Below are positions 48,363-58,052 of a stretch of 64,000 nt of DNA, in pieces. The notes beneath the pieces were generated by a model that had not been told where the DNA came from, did no database searches, and saw only the letters and a program-made list of their open reading frames with translations. The number at the start of each line of letters is the position of its first letter. Position 1 is the first letter of the stretch. The stretch comes from an uncultured bacterium (GTDB taxonomy: Bacteria; Bacillota; Clostridia; Lachnospirales; Lachnospiraceae): the NCBI GenBank assembly GCA_945949875.1, contig CAMFGH010000004.1, positions 3,135 through 67,134 on the forward strand. Direction: 5' to 3'. The position numbers and the translations under genes are program-made.

Positions 48363-49417
48363 ATGAAGAAAAAGAAGTGGATGAAATTGTTTCCGGTATT
48401 GCTGCTGCTGGTGCTGGTTGGATGTACAGGCTGCGGGAGCAAAGGGGAAAACGAGAATATAGAGCAGGGGATGGCCCTGATCGAGGAATTGGATTATGAA
48501 GGTGCACTGGCATGTTTTGAACAGGCACTTGTTTCCGGTGAGGATACCAGAGAGGTTTACAGAGGACAGGGAATTGCCTATATGGGACTTACTCAGTATG
48601 ACAAGGCAATCGAATCCTTTGGAAACTGTTTTGCAGTCAGCAGCAGTATTCCAAATGAGCTGGATTATGATGTGAATTATTATCTTGCAGTTGCACATTA
48701 TAAAAATGGGGAGCTGCAGAAAGCAAAAGAAATATATGATGCTATTCTGGATTTGAAACCCAAGGAAAAAGATGCCTATTATATGCGTGGCAGCATCCTG
48801 CTGGAGCTTGGAAATTATGAAGAAGCTAAGCTGGATTTTGACAAAGCGTTGGAACTGGACCCGGAGAATTACGATCAGCTGGTCGCTATTTTTCAGGTGC
48901 TGGACAAGTTTGGTTATCGTGAAATCGGCCATGGCTATTTGCAGCAGGCCATTGACAATGCGCCAAAGACTATCAGCAATTTTGATAAAGGCCGGATCTA
49001 TTTCTACATGGAAGATTTTGAGGTGGCACGTAATTATCTGGAGCAGGCCAGGGATGCCGGGGATGCCCAGGCTGCCTATTATCTGGGAAAAACCTGGGAA
49101 GCCCTGGGGGAATACAATTATGCCGCCAGTGTCTATAATTCATACATAAGGAACAGGGCGAATCTGCGCTAATCTATAATCAGCTGGCACTTTGCAATAT
49201 GCAGCTGGAGGATTATGATGCTGCACTTGCAGCGATAGAGGCAGGCCTGGCGCTGGAAGATAAAAGCATTCAGCAGGTTCTGTATTTTAATCAGATTGTC
49301 ATCTATGAATATCAGGGAGATTTTGACAAGGCAGCGTCACTGATGGCTATTTACAAGCGAAATTATCCGGATGATGAAGAGGCGGCAAGGGAATACGAAT
49401 TTTTGAAGACTCGTTAG
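48363..49417 (+). pseudogene. TPR lipoprotein split by a single-base frameshift (or sequence error)
   Basis: TPR repeats continue in another frame (EQGESALIYNQLALCNMQLEDYDAA...); the shift lies between 49139 and 49170. Confidence 0.75.
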
Positions 49418-49512
49418 AAAGTGTATATTGAATTCCGGAAAGCAGAACGAGAAACGTAAGAAAGAAGACAGAATAAAAAGAACAGAATAATAACAGACTC
49501 GGAGGACGAAAA

Positions 49513-50433
49513 ATGATCAATAAACTGGTAGACAAGATTAAAAAAACACAGGCACCTATCGTGGTGGGGTTAGACCCCATGCTGTCCTATATTCCGGAGC
49601 ATATTTTGAAAAAAGCATATGCGGAATACGGAGAAACTCTGGAAGGTGCTGCAGAAGCTGTTTGGCAATACAACAAAGAGATCGTGGATCATGTTTATGA
49701 TCTGATACCCGCTGTGAAACCGCAGATCGCCATGTATGAACAGTTCGGCATCGAAGGACTGAAAGCCTTCCAGAAGACGGTTGCATACTGCAAGTCCAAA
49801 GATCTGGTGGTGATCGGCGATATCAAACGCGGGGATATCGGTTCTACATCAGAGGCTTATGCAGTTGGCCATCTGGGAAAAGTCACAGTAGGCGGAAAGA
49901 CATACGCTCCTTTTGATGAAGATTTTGCAACGGTGAATCCTTATCTGGGTTCGGATGGAGTAAAACCATTTATCAAGATCTGCCAGGAAGAGAAAAAGGG
50001 TCTTTTCATTTTGGTAAAGACTTCCAATCCAAGCAGTGGAGAATTTCAGGATCGTATCATAGATGGCAGACCCCTGTATGAGTGGGTTGGCGAAAAAGTA
50101 GCTCAGTGGGGCGAAGAACTGATGGGCGATTCCTACAGCTACATCGGTGCAGTGGTAGGAGCCACCTATCCGGAAATGGGCAAGGTGCTTCGTAAAGTGA
50201 TGCCGAAATCCTTTATTCTGGTGCCGGGATATGGTGCACAGGGTGGAAAAGGAAAAGATCTGGTTCACTTCTTTAACGAGGATGGACTGGGTGCCATCGT
50301 AAATTCCTCCAGAGGAATCATCGCTGCATATAAGCAGGAGAAATATGCACAGTTCGGCGCAGAAGGGTTTGCAGAAGCATCCCGCCAGGCTGTGATTGAT
50401 ATGAAAGAAGATATTGCATCTGCGTTAGGGTAG
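49513..50433 (+). CDS. pyrF: Orotidine-5'-phosphate decarboxylase
   Basis: VGLDP, DIKRGDIGST, VKTSN, VVGAT, LVPGYGAQG and NSSR motifs. Confidence 0.96.
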   Translation: MINKLVDKIKKTQAPIVVGLDPMLSYIPEHILKKAYAEYGETLEGAAEAVWQYNKEIVDHVYDLIPAVKPQIAMYEQFGIEGLKAFQKTVAYCKSKDLVVIGDIKRGDIGSTSEAYAVGHLGKVTVGGKTYAPFDEDFATVNPYLGSDGVKPFIKICQEEKKGLFILVKTSNPSSGEFQDRIIDGRPLYEWVGEKVAQWGEELMGDSYSYIGAVVGATYPEMGKVLRKVMPKSFILVPGYGAQGGKGKDLVHFFNEDGLGAIVNSSRGIIAAYKQEKYAQFGAEGFAEASRQAVIDMKEDIASALG

Positions 50434-50484
50434 CATTTCATAGGGGAGTATTTCATACAAGAAATAGGATGTTCGAGAATTCTA

Positions 50485-50517
50485 AAAGCTTCCTGTCAAT
50501 TTGACAGGAGGCTTTTT
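50485..50517. terminator. pyrF terminator
   Basis: AAAAGCTTCCTGTCAA-T-TTGACAGGAGGCTTTTT. Confidence 0.75.
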
Positions 50518-50686
50518 GTGGTTATATGGTTATTTATTATCTTCTAAAGTCACAAAAGGACGGGCACTTACAATAAAGTGATTATTGATGAACTTTGTCC
50601 GGAAAAAAGGAATCATCCATGTTTATTAACAGTATTGCCAAGTGGCAGATGGAAGAACGGATATCGGATAAGTAAAAATTTGCAAA

Positions 50687-50875
50687 CCTTTTCATCAATG
50701 CGGACACTCCAGTAACCGGAAAGGCTTCCACTGAGTGGTTCGGGCTTTTCGGTACACTTGTATCCATTTCTGTCAATGTCTTTTAAGAGCCTGTTTATTT
50801 TTGCCAGTGTTTTTTGTCTTGTGTCTGCCAGTTAAGGTATTCTTCCCATGCTTCATCTGTCCATAGTTTTTTCAT
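50687..50875 (-). pseudogene. yoeB: Txe/YoeB toxin pseudogene
   Basis: MKKLWTDEAWEEYLNWQTQDKK, frameshift in an A6 run (50810-50815), then LAKINRLLKDIDRNG...KPEPLSGSLSGYWSVRIDEK; C-terminus lost. Confidence 0.85.
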
Positions 50876-51132
50876 TCATCTACCTCAATCAATTCATGTT
50901 CTTTTAACGTACTCTTTCCGGAACGAATATTTGCCACACGTCTTTCAAGCTCTTTAGTATTTTCTCTACTGTAAAAAGGATCCGCAGACAACTCAAATGG
51001 GATGCGGTTCTCACGGACAACAGTTTTTAAAAAAATATTGATTGCAGTAGACATGCTAAGTCCGATGTCATTTAAAGTTTTTTCAGCATTCTTTTTTACC
51101 TCATCATCTATACGTAGACTAATCTGTGCCAT
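50872..51132 (-). CDS. RelB/DinJ-family antitoxin
   Basis: QISLRIDDEVKKNAEKTLNDIGLSMSTAINIFLKTVVRENRIPFEL; AAGGAG RBS; ATGA overlap with the toxin. Confidence 0.9.
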   Translation of the reverse strand: MAQISLRIDDEVKKNAEKTLNDIGLSMSTAINIFLKTVVRENRIPFELSADPFYSRENTKELERRVANIRSGKSTLKEHELIEVDE

Positions 51133-51267
51133 ATTTGTCACTCCTTCCTAATTCATGGTATTAGTATATGCATTTTACTGTATTTTTGCAAGCATTTTTA
51201 TATACATTTGCTACCAAATGTGTTGGTATATTTTTTGTGTCTACTTTTCTTGACTAGTACAATTCTG

Positions 51268-51364
51268 CAATAAAAGCATTGAAATAAATATACTTTTCTA
51301 CAATAAAAGCATTGAAATAAATATACTTTTCAATAATAAAAGCGTTGAAATAATTATATTTTTT
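51268..51364. repeat. Three 33-bp tandem repeats upstream of the AAA ATPase gene
   Basis: (C/T)AATAAAAGC(A/G)TTGAAATAA(A/T)TATA(C/T)TTTT at 51268, 51301 and 51334. Confidence 0.85.
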
Positions 51365-51418
51365 GATAAAATAATGAAAAAGCAGCATCATAAGACTATC
51401 AATAGGTGGAAGGTGAAA

Positions 51419-52759
51419 ATGATGTTTAAAAGAAAAGTATATGACGAATTACTTTCATGGAAAAAGGAATGGGATGGGAAATACGCATGCTTGCTTGAAG
51501 GTGCAAGACGTGTAGGAAAGACAACCATTGCAGAGGAATTTGCTCGAAATGAATATGACTCCTATATACTGATTGATTTTTCAAATACCAGTAAGGAAAT
51601 GATAGATATATTTGATGACATTTCTAAACTTGATCGTTTTTTTCTGAGATTGCAGATGGAAGCGGGAGTAGAACTTTACGAAAGAAAGTCAGTCATTATT
51701 TTTGATGAGATTCAGTTATTTCCAAAGGCAAGACAGGCTATCAAGCATCTGGTGAAAGATGGCAGATATGATTATATTGAAACGGGTTCTTTGATATCCA
51801 TAAAGAAAAACGTACAGAATATATTGATTCCGTCTGAGGAACATAAGATTCATGTATATCCGATGGATTATGAGGAATTTTTGTGGGCCACAGGTGGAAA
51901 TCCGAATGTTCTGGATATGGCGTATCAGAGTAATATAGAGCTTGGTAATGCTGCAAATCGTAATGCTATGAGAGATTTTCGTATTTATATGGCAGTGGGA
52001 GGAATGCCACAGGCTGTAGAATGTTATATTTCTACGAATAGTTTTGAATCTGTAGATAAAGTGAAGCGTGAAATACTGGAATTATATTATGACGATTTAA
52101 AAAAGATGGATGGGTCAGGAAGAATAACAGATATGTATAAATCTGTTCCTTGCCAGCTTGCTGCAAAGAAGAAACATTATGCGATTACCACAGCTACCGG
52201 GAAGCAAAAAACAAGAAAGGACGAGGAACGTCTTTTTGAGTTGATTGATTCGGGATTGGTGTTGCCTTGCTATAATGTATTAAATCCCAGTGTTTCATTA
52301 GCGCAGACAAAGGATATGAACTGTTTTAAATTATATTTGTCGGATATAGGGCTTTTTACGACAATGCTTTTTCATGATGCGCAAAATGGCATAGAAGACA
52401 TTTATAAGAAATTATTGAGTGATACATTACCGGCAGATTTGGGTTATCTATACGAAAATGTAGTTGCACAGGCGATAAAGGCCAGTGGAAGAGATTTGTA
52501 TTATCATACATGGAGAAAAGAGGGGAGCACCCATTCCTTTGAAATAGATTTCCTTGTTACGTCCAAGAATAAGGTGGTACCGATTGAAGTGAAATCTGCG
52601 TCAATCAATAATCATAAATCGATTGATAACTTTGAAATCAAATATGCAAAGCAGGTGGGGGAACGCTTCCTTTTATCCCAGAAGGATGTGGGGAAAATCG
52701 GAACATTACATTTGAAACCCATATATATGATTTTGTTCCTTCTAAAAGACTTGAGGTAA
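51419..52759 (+). CDS. AAA_14-type ATPase with DUF4143 / C-terminal nuclease-like domain
   Basis: MFKRK start, GARRVGKT, FDEIQ, ETGS, GGMP, KLYLSDIG and EIDF...PIEVKS motifs. Confidence 0.88.
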   Translation: MMFKRKVYDELLSWKKEWDGKYACLLEGARRVGKTTIAEEFARNEYDSYILIDFSNTSKEMIDIFDDISKLDRFFLRLQMEAGVELYERKSVIIFDEIQLFPKARQAIKHLVKDGRYDYIETGSLISIKKNVQNILIPSEEHKIHVYPMDYEEFLWATGGNPNVLDMAYQSNIELGNAANRNAMRDFRIYMAVGGMPQAVECYISTNSFESVDKVKREILELYYDDLKKMDGSGRITDMYKSVPCQLAAKKKHYAITTATGKQKTRKDEERLFELIDSGLVLPCYNVLNPSVSLAQTKDMNCFKLYLSDIGLFTTMLFHDAQNGIEDIYKKLLSDTLPADLGYLYENVVAQAIKASGRDLYYHTWRKEGSTHSFEIDFLVTSKNKVVPIEVKSASINNHKSIDNFEIKYAKQVGERFLLSQKDVGKIGTLHLKPIYMILFLLKDLR

Positions 52760-52801
52760 AAGATTTGAGATAAAAGGAAGGAATTGTAAAGGAGAACCAA
52801 C

Positions 52802-54778
52802 ATGCCGGATTTCGGAAGTAAAAAGCAGCAGTCAGGCCGCATCAGTTTATCAAAAATAGTATTGGGTTTTACCATTTTTGCCAGTGTCATATGTGTCATT
52901 GTCATGATACAGGTAGGCAGGGCAGATCATATCAAGATTTCTCAGGACAATGTGATTTCCGGATACGAGAAAATCGGGACCGTGGTATGCCGGGAAATCG
53001 AGGATCCGGATACACCCATCGGGATAAAAAAGGAATATACGTTTACCCTGGATGAAAAACTTCATGAGGATACGCATCTGGCATTTTATACAGTGCATCA
53101 GTATGTGGAGGTGCTACTGGATGGAGAAACAGAGTATACCCTGATGCCTTCCGGAACGAACAGGATCAGCCGGACCGTAGGCAGTAACTGGAACATGATA
53201 CCGATTTACCGGGAAGATGCAGGAAAGACAGTGCAGGTGAGAATCATACCGGCATATGAAAGCTTTCGTAACCGGGAAGTGGAATTTCTCATCGGTTCTG
53301 ACCTTGCCATATACAGGGATCGTCTGTACAGGGATCTGCCCCAGCTGATTTTAGGCATTATGGCAATCTTTGTTGGAGTCGTATTTATATGCGTTGCAGG
53401 CTATAACCAGTTGAGAAGACATCGCGGAAGAGGGGTTGTAGCACTGGGTATTTTTTCTGTCATGTTGGGTATCTGGAGACTTACAGACACCAGATTTACC
53501 CCTTTTCTTTTTCCGGATCACCCGGTACTGCTGTTTTATATTTCTGTCATGATGCTGATGCTTGGAATGGTTCCGTTAATGGAGTGGATACAGGAATACT
53601 ATACGGAAAAAAGTAAAAGACTGCTTCGTATGTACAGTATCGCTGTGGTGATTGTATGTCTGATACAGTTTTTCCTTCAGCTCACAGGCATGGTAGATCT
53701 TCGGGATATGCTGGTGGTAACGCATCTGGTGATTGGGGTGGGCTTTTTTGTCGCGATTGGAACTGCCATATATGAAAGGAAAAAGTCTCCAAAGGAAGCG
53801 ATAATCCGAAAAGGATTTGGATTGATCTATATCTGTGTAGTAGGTGTGATTCTGGATGAACTGGCTTATTATATCAAAGGCAATTCTTCCGGATTGACAT
53901 TTACGCTGATTGCCTTTCTGTTTTACATAGTTTTGATGGGCATCGCATCCATCTATAGATATAGTGAGCAGGAGCTGCAGCTGGCGGAGAAAGACAGACA
54001 GCTTGCGGAAAGCGACAGAGAGTTGGCAGAGAGTGAAAGAATGCTGGCAGAAAGGGACAGGCATCTGGCAGTAACAGAAAGGCAGTTGGCGGAAAATGAG
54101 AGAAAGCTTACCGAGCGACGTATTTCCGTGATGATGAGTCAGATCCGAAGCCATTTTATTTTTAATGTCCTTACTACGATCAGTGGGTACTGCAAGATCG
54201 ATCCGAAAAAGGCTGACAATGCCCTGATTCGTTTTTCCAGGTATCTGAGAAAGAATATCCGGATCATTGAGGAAGAGGGTCTGATTGATTTTGCCACGGA
54301 ACTGGAACAGGTGGAGGATTATGTGGCGCTTGAGCAGCTCCGCTTTGAAGATATGATCGTGTTCGAAAAAGAAATTGGGACAAGCAGTTTCAAAATCCCG
54401 CCTCTTACCATTCAGCCCATTGTGGAAAATGCCATCAAACACGGTCTGATAAAGCAGGACAGAAGCGGTGTGATCCTACTTCGCACGGAGAGGAAAGCAG
54501 GGCAGCCGGGAGAAGCAGGAAATCATGGAGCCGGGAAACCGTCCGGAGAAGCAGGCTGGATCGAAATAACCGTGTCCGACAATGGTGTGGGATTTGTGCC
54601 GGAAGAAAGTGGAAGTCCGGATTCTGTGGGAATCCGTAATGTACGGTATCGTCTGGAGCATATGGTGGGCGGCAGTCTTTCGATTCAAAGTGTTCCGGGA
54701 GAAGGAACGGTGGTGACTATCAGACTACCGGAGGAGAAACTCTCAGAAGAAAGATTACCGGAGGAGAAGCAACCATGA
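52802..54778 (+). CDS. Membrane sensor histidine kinase (LytS/YehU-like)
   Basis: Multi-TM sensor; SQIRSHFIFNVL, IQPIVENAIKHG, DNGVGF and GIRNVRYRL motifs. Confidence 0.9.
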   Translation: MPDFGSKKQQSGRISLSKIVLGFTIFASVICVIVMIQVGRADHIKISQDNVISGYEKIGTVVCREIEDPDTPIGIKKEYTFTLDEKLHEDTHLAFYTVHQYVEVLLDGETEYTLMPSGTNRISRTVGSNWNMIPIYREDAGKTVQVRIIPAYESFRNREVEFLIGSDLAIYRDRLYRDLPQLILGIMAIFVGVVFICVAGYNQLRRHRGRGVVALGIFSVMLGIWRLTDTRFTPFLFPDHPVLLFYISVMMLMLGMVPLMEWIQEYYTEKSKRLLRMYSIAVVIVCLIQFFLQLTGMVDLRDMLVVTHLVIGVGFFVAIGTAIYERKKSPKEAIIRKGFGLIYICVVGVILDELAYYIKGNSSGLTFTLIAFLFYIVLMGIASIYRYSEQELQLAEKDRQLAESDRELAESERMLAERDRHLAVTERQLAENERKLTERRISVMMSQIRSHFIFNVLTTISGYCKIDPKKADNALIRFSRYLRKNIRIIEEEGLIDFATELEQVEDYVALEQLRFEDMIVFEKEIGTSSFKIPPLTIQPIVENAIKHGLIKQDRSGVILLRTERKAGQPGEAGNHGAGKPSGEAGWIEITVSDNGVGFVPEESGSPDSVGIRNVRYRLEHMVGGSLSIQSVPGEGTVVTIRLPEEKLSEERLPEEKQP

Positions 54779-55572
54779 GAATAATTTATGTAGATGATGA
54801 AAAAATACTGTTGGAGAATTTTCGACTTACTGTAAAAGGATTTCCGGAAATCGAAAGTCTGGAGACTTTTGGAAAAAGTGATCAGGCTCTTGCCTGGGCA
54901 GAAAAAAATCCGGTAGACGTGGCATTTCTGGATATTGAGATGCCCTTTATGAATGGCATAGAACTGGCCAAAAGATTGAAGCAGATTGACCGGAATATCC
55001 AGATTGTATTTGTGACAGCATTTGGGCAGTATGCCCTGGAGGCTTTCGGGGTGGACGCCATGGGATATCTGTTAAAGCCTTATGCCGGAGAAGACATCCA
55101 AAAAGAACTGGATAAGGCATCGTATATAAGGAAGCGGCCGCAGAAGAAGATTCAGATAGAAACCATGCCGGATCTGGTGATTACAGTAAACGGCAGGACC
55201 CTTCGGCTGGGACATACCAAGCAGGAAGAACTGCTGGCCCTTCTGATCGACAGAGGAGAGGTTGGAATCACAAAGGGCGAGGCCATTGCCTGTCTGTGGG
55301 AAGGGAAAAAGCCAAGCGACAGCATTTACTGGACCACCATGTCCAGATTGCGGGAACTTTTGGCCAGAGAAGGAATCGAGGAAATCCTGCTCACCAATGG
55401 GCACACCAAGCGGATCAATACTGAACTGGTGGACTGCGATCTGTACCGGATGCTACAGGGAGACCCGGAAGCTATCTCGAAATATGATGGCTTTTACCTG
55501 CGCAGGTATTCCTGGGCGGAGGAGACCAATGCACAGTTGAATAAGATAAAAGAGAATAGTTTTGGCTCATAA
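54775..55572 (+). CDS. Response regulator (receiver + SARP/winged-helix-like output)
   Basis: VDDE, FLDIEMP, FVTAF and YLLKP motifs; ELLALL...LWE...SRLRELL; ATGA overlap with the kinase. Confidence 0.88.
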   Translation: MRIIYVDDEKILLENFRLTVKGFPEIESLETFGKSDQALAWAEKNPVDVAFLDIEMPFMNGIELAKRLKQIDRNIQIVFVTAFGQYALEAFGVDAMGYLLKPYAGEDIQKELDKASYIRKRPQKKIQIETMPDLVITVNGRTLRLGHTKQEELLALLIDRGEVGITKGEAIACLWEGKKPSDSIYWTTMSRLRELLAREGIEEILLTNGHTKRINTELVDCDLYRMLQGDPEAISKYDGFYLRRYSWAEETNAQLNKIKENSFGS

Positions 55573-55599
55573 AATGTGAAAAAATCCATGAAAATCAAA

Positions 55600-55657
55600 T
55601 TGACATAGTGACTCTGTAGAGATATACTTGTTTAACAAGTAACTCTATGGAGTCATT
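55600..55657 (+). promoter_or_regulatory. SigA promoter with twin palindromic operators
   Basis: TTGACA-17 bp-TATACT; TGACTCTGTAGAG and CTCTATGGAGTCA form a larger inverted repeat around TACTTGTT-T-AACAAGTA. Confidence 0.8.
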
Positions 55658-55676
55658 ACACTAAGGAGATGATATA

Positions 55677-56354
55677 ATGAGCAGACTGGTTTTGTATCAT
55701 GGTTCCCCGGAAATAATAGAAAAACCAATATATGGGAAGGGAAAACCATACAATGATTATGGGAAAGGCTTCTATTGCACAGAGAATCCGGAACTTGCCA
55801 GGGAATGGGCATGTACAGAAGGTATAGATGGATATGTGAATCAATATGAGATAGAAACAGATGGTTTACAGATACTGGATCTTTCCGGTGAAAAATATAC
55901 TATTTTGCATTGGCTTGCATTACTCATGATGTACCGTAAGGTTCGTTTGTCCACTCCGGTTATGAAAAGAGGGGCCGAGTGGTTAAAAGAGCATTACATG
56001 ATTGATGTGGATAAATACGATGCAATCATTGGATATCGTGCAGATGATTCATATTTTTCGTTTGCGCGAGCTTTTGTAAATAACGAAATCTCTATGGGGC
56101 AGCTTAGTTATGCCATGGGTCTGGGAATGTTGGGAGAACAATTTGTATTAAAATCGCCGAAAGCATTTGAAGCTATTACATTTGTTTCATGCAAGTCGGT
56201 AGATAGCAGCGTATATTTTCAGCGACGAAAAGCCAGAGATGAGCAGGCACGGGCAGCTTTTTTTGCAGAACTCGAGAAGGAAGACGTAGCTGGTTTGTAT
56301 ATGATGGATATTCTTCGTGAGGAGGTAAGGCCGAATGATTCACGCTTACAATGA
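55677..56354 (+). CDS. DUF3990-like protein (possible ADP-ribosyltransferase fold)
   Basis: LYHGS...NDYGKGFYCT...AREWA, YDAIIGYRADD and GEQFVLKS motifs. Confidence 0.75.
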   Translation: MSRLVLYHGSPEIIEKPIYGKGKPYNDYGKGFYCTENPELAREWACTEGIDGYVNQYEIETDGLQILDLSGEKYTILHWLALLMMYRKVRLSTPVMKRGAEWLKEHYMIDVDKYDAIIGYRADDSYFSFARAFVNNEISMGQLSYAMGLGMLGEQFVLKSPKAFEAITFVSCKSVDSSVYFQRRKARDEQARAAFFAELEKEDVAGLYMMDILREEVRPNDSRLQ

Positions 56355-56970
56355 ACTTTATTTGAATGATGCTATGAGAAATCTTGGTGAGGCCTTTGAC
56401 TATGCGGTAAATCAATGTCATATGGAAGCTGATGTTTTTATGGATATATTTATTGTGGGGGGGATTGCAGAACAGTTCGGCTCAGGTGTTCCTAAATATA
56501 CATCCGGTATGTCAGGAACAGAATTGGTGTGGGAAGTGATAGGTCGTTCCGGCCTACAACAGGAACTTCCTGAAGTGGAAGTTGTATATGACTGTTCCCC
56601 GGAATATTGGAGTGGATGGATATTAGCTTATTATCAGTGGTATACAGGAAGAAGTTTCAAAAATATAAAGCAGCATATCTTGATGAAGGATATTTTGAAA
56701 CTGTATCCCACACTTCACGAAGCGGCAGAGGATAAATTTGTGGACACAATAAATCATATGATTTGTAGAAATAATCCGCCCACACAGCTGCAAAAGAGGC
56801 GAAAGGAAGCAGGGTACTCACAAAAAACATTGTCTGATAAATCGGGGGTTTCTCTTCGAATGATTCAGCAGTATGAGCAGCGAGCCAAGGATATCAATAA
56901 AGCTTCCGGCATGAATTTGGCAGCACTGGCAAAGTCTCTTGGGTGCGCGATAGAGGATTTGATGGAATAG
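56335..56970 (+). CDS. HTH transcriptional regulator partner (C-terminal Xre HTH)
   Basis: SPEYWSGW, YPTLHEA and RKEAGYSQKTLSDKSGVSLRMIQQYEQ motifs; overlaps the previous gene. Confidence 0.8.
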   Translation: MIHAYNELYLNDAMRNLGEAFDYAVNQCHMEADVFMDIFIVGGIAEQFGSGVPKYTSGMSGTELVWEVIGRSGLQQELPEVEVVYDCSPEYWSGWILAYYQWYTGRSFKNIKQHILMKDILKLYPTLHEAAEDKFVDTINHMICRNNPPTQLQKRRKEAGYSQKTLSDKSGVSLRMIQQYEQRAKDINKASGMNLAALAKSLGCAIEDLME

Positions 56971-57057
56971 GAATCATAAATTCAGTCCTTTCCTTATAGA
57001 AAACATTTTTTTGGTGTGGTATACTGTCTACAGTAACGGCTGAGAGGAGAACAACAA

Positions 57058-57738
57058 ATGGAAGCATATAAAAAAGAGTTTATTGAATTCATGGTAGACA
57101 GTAATGTCCTTAAATTTGGTGATTTTACATTAAAGAGTGGCAGGAAATCTCCGTTTTTTATGAATGCAGGTGGTTATGTGACTGGCAGCCAGCTGAAAAA
57201 ACTGGGTGAATTTTATGCCAAAGCTATTCATGCACAATATGGAGATGACTTTGATGTACTGTTCGGACCTGCCTATAAAGGGATTCCAATCAGTGTTGTA
57301 ACAGCCATTGCATATAGTGAGCTTTATGGAAAAGAAATCCGTTATTGCTCGGATCGAAAAGAAGAAAAGGATCATGGAGCAGATAAAGGAAGCTTTCTGG
57401 GAAGTAAACTCCAGGATGGAGACCGGGTAGTTATGATCGAAGACGTGACCACATCCGGAAAATCCATGGAAGAAACCGTTCCGAAAGTAAGAAATGCAGC
57501 TGATGTGGAGATCATTGGCTTGATGGTTTCCCTGAATCGTATGGAAGTGGGTCTTGGTGGCCAGGTATCTGCATTGGATGAAATCAAAGAAAAATATGGT
57601 TTTGAGGCAAATGCAATTGTTTCTATGGCAGATGTTGTGGAATATCTGTATAATAAACCATATCGGGGTAAGATTTATATTGATGATGAGCTGAAGGCTT
57701 CCATCGACAGCTATTATGAACAATATGGTGTGAAATAA
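57058..57738 (+). CDS. pyrE: Orotate phosphoribosyltransferase
   Basis: FGDFTLKSGRKSP, FGPAYKGIP, RKEEKDHG and IEDVTTSG motifs. Confidence 0.96.
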   Translation: MEAYKKEFIEFMVDSNVLKFGDFTLKSGRKSPFFMNAGGYVTGSQLKKLGEFYAKAIHAQYGDDFDVLFGPAYKGIPISVVTAIAYSELYGKEIRYCSDRKEEKDHGADKGSFLGSKLQDGDRVVMIEDVTTSGKSMEETVPKVRNAADVEIIGLMVSLNRMEVGLGGQVSALDEIKEKYGFEANAIVSMADVVEYLYNKPYRGKIYIDDELKASIDSYYEQYGVK

Positions 57739-57821
57739 AAAAGACAGACTTTATGAGGCGTGCGAATCAGCTACATCAGAAAGTTTGAATCAGATAGTTT
57801 GAAGCAGAAAGGACAGGGCAT

Positions 57822-57974
57822 ATGGAGGAAAAGGTTTATAAATCCATGAATGGAGCAGGTGCACTGAATATAGTGCTTGGTGTGATCGGTATTGTGGCAG
57901 GAGTCGCCGGTGGAGTACTTCTGATTATCAGCGGTGCAAAACTGCTGGCAAGTAAATCAAAAATGATCTTTTAG
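57822..57974 (+). CDS. Small membrane protein (50 aa), absent from ORF track
   Basis: MEEKVYKSMNGAGALNIVLGVIGIVAGVAGGVLLIISGAKLLASKSKMIF; GAAAGGA RBS; hairpin follows the stop. Confidence 0.75.
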   Translation: MEEKVYKSMNGAGALNIVLGVIGIVAGVAGGVLLIISGAKLLASKSKMIF

Positions 57975-58052
57975 AATACAAATGTGAAAATGGGTGCCCT
58001 TCTGAAAAGAGAGCGCCCATTCGTCGTTGGTAGGGGCGAGGCAGGTGCGCAT

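Noticed and set aside
50580-50686. Possible gene fragment replacing the yoeB 3' end
   Set aside because: Short open frames exist, but no family is recognisable.
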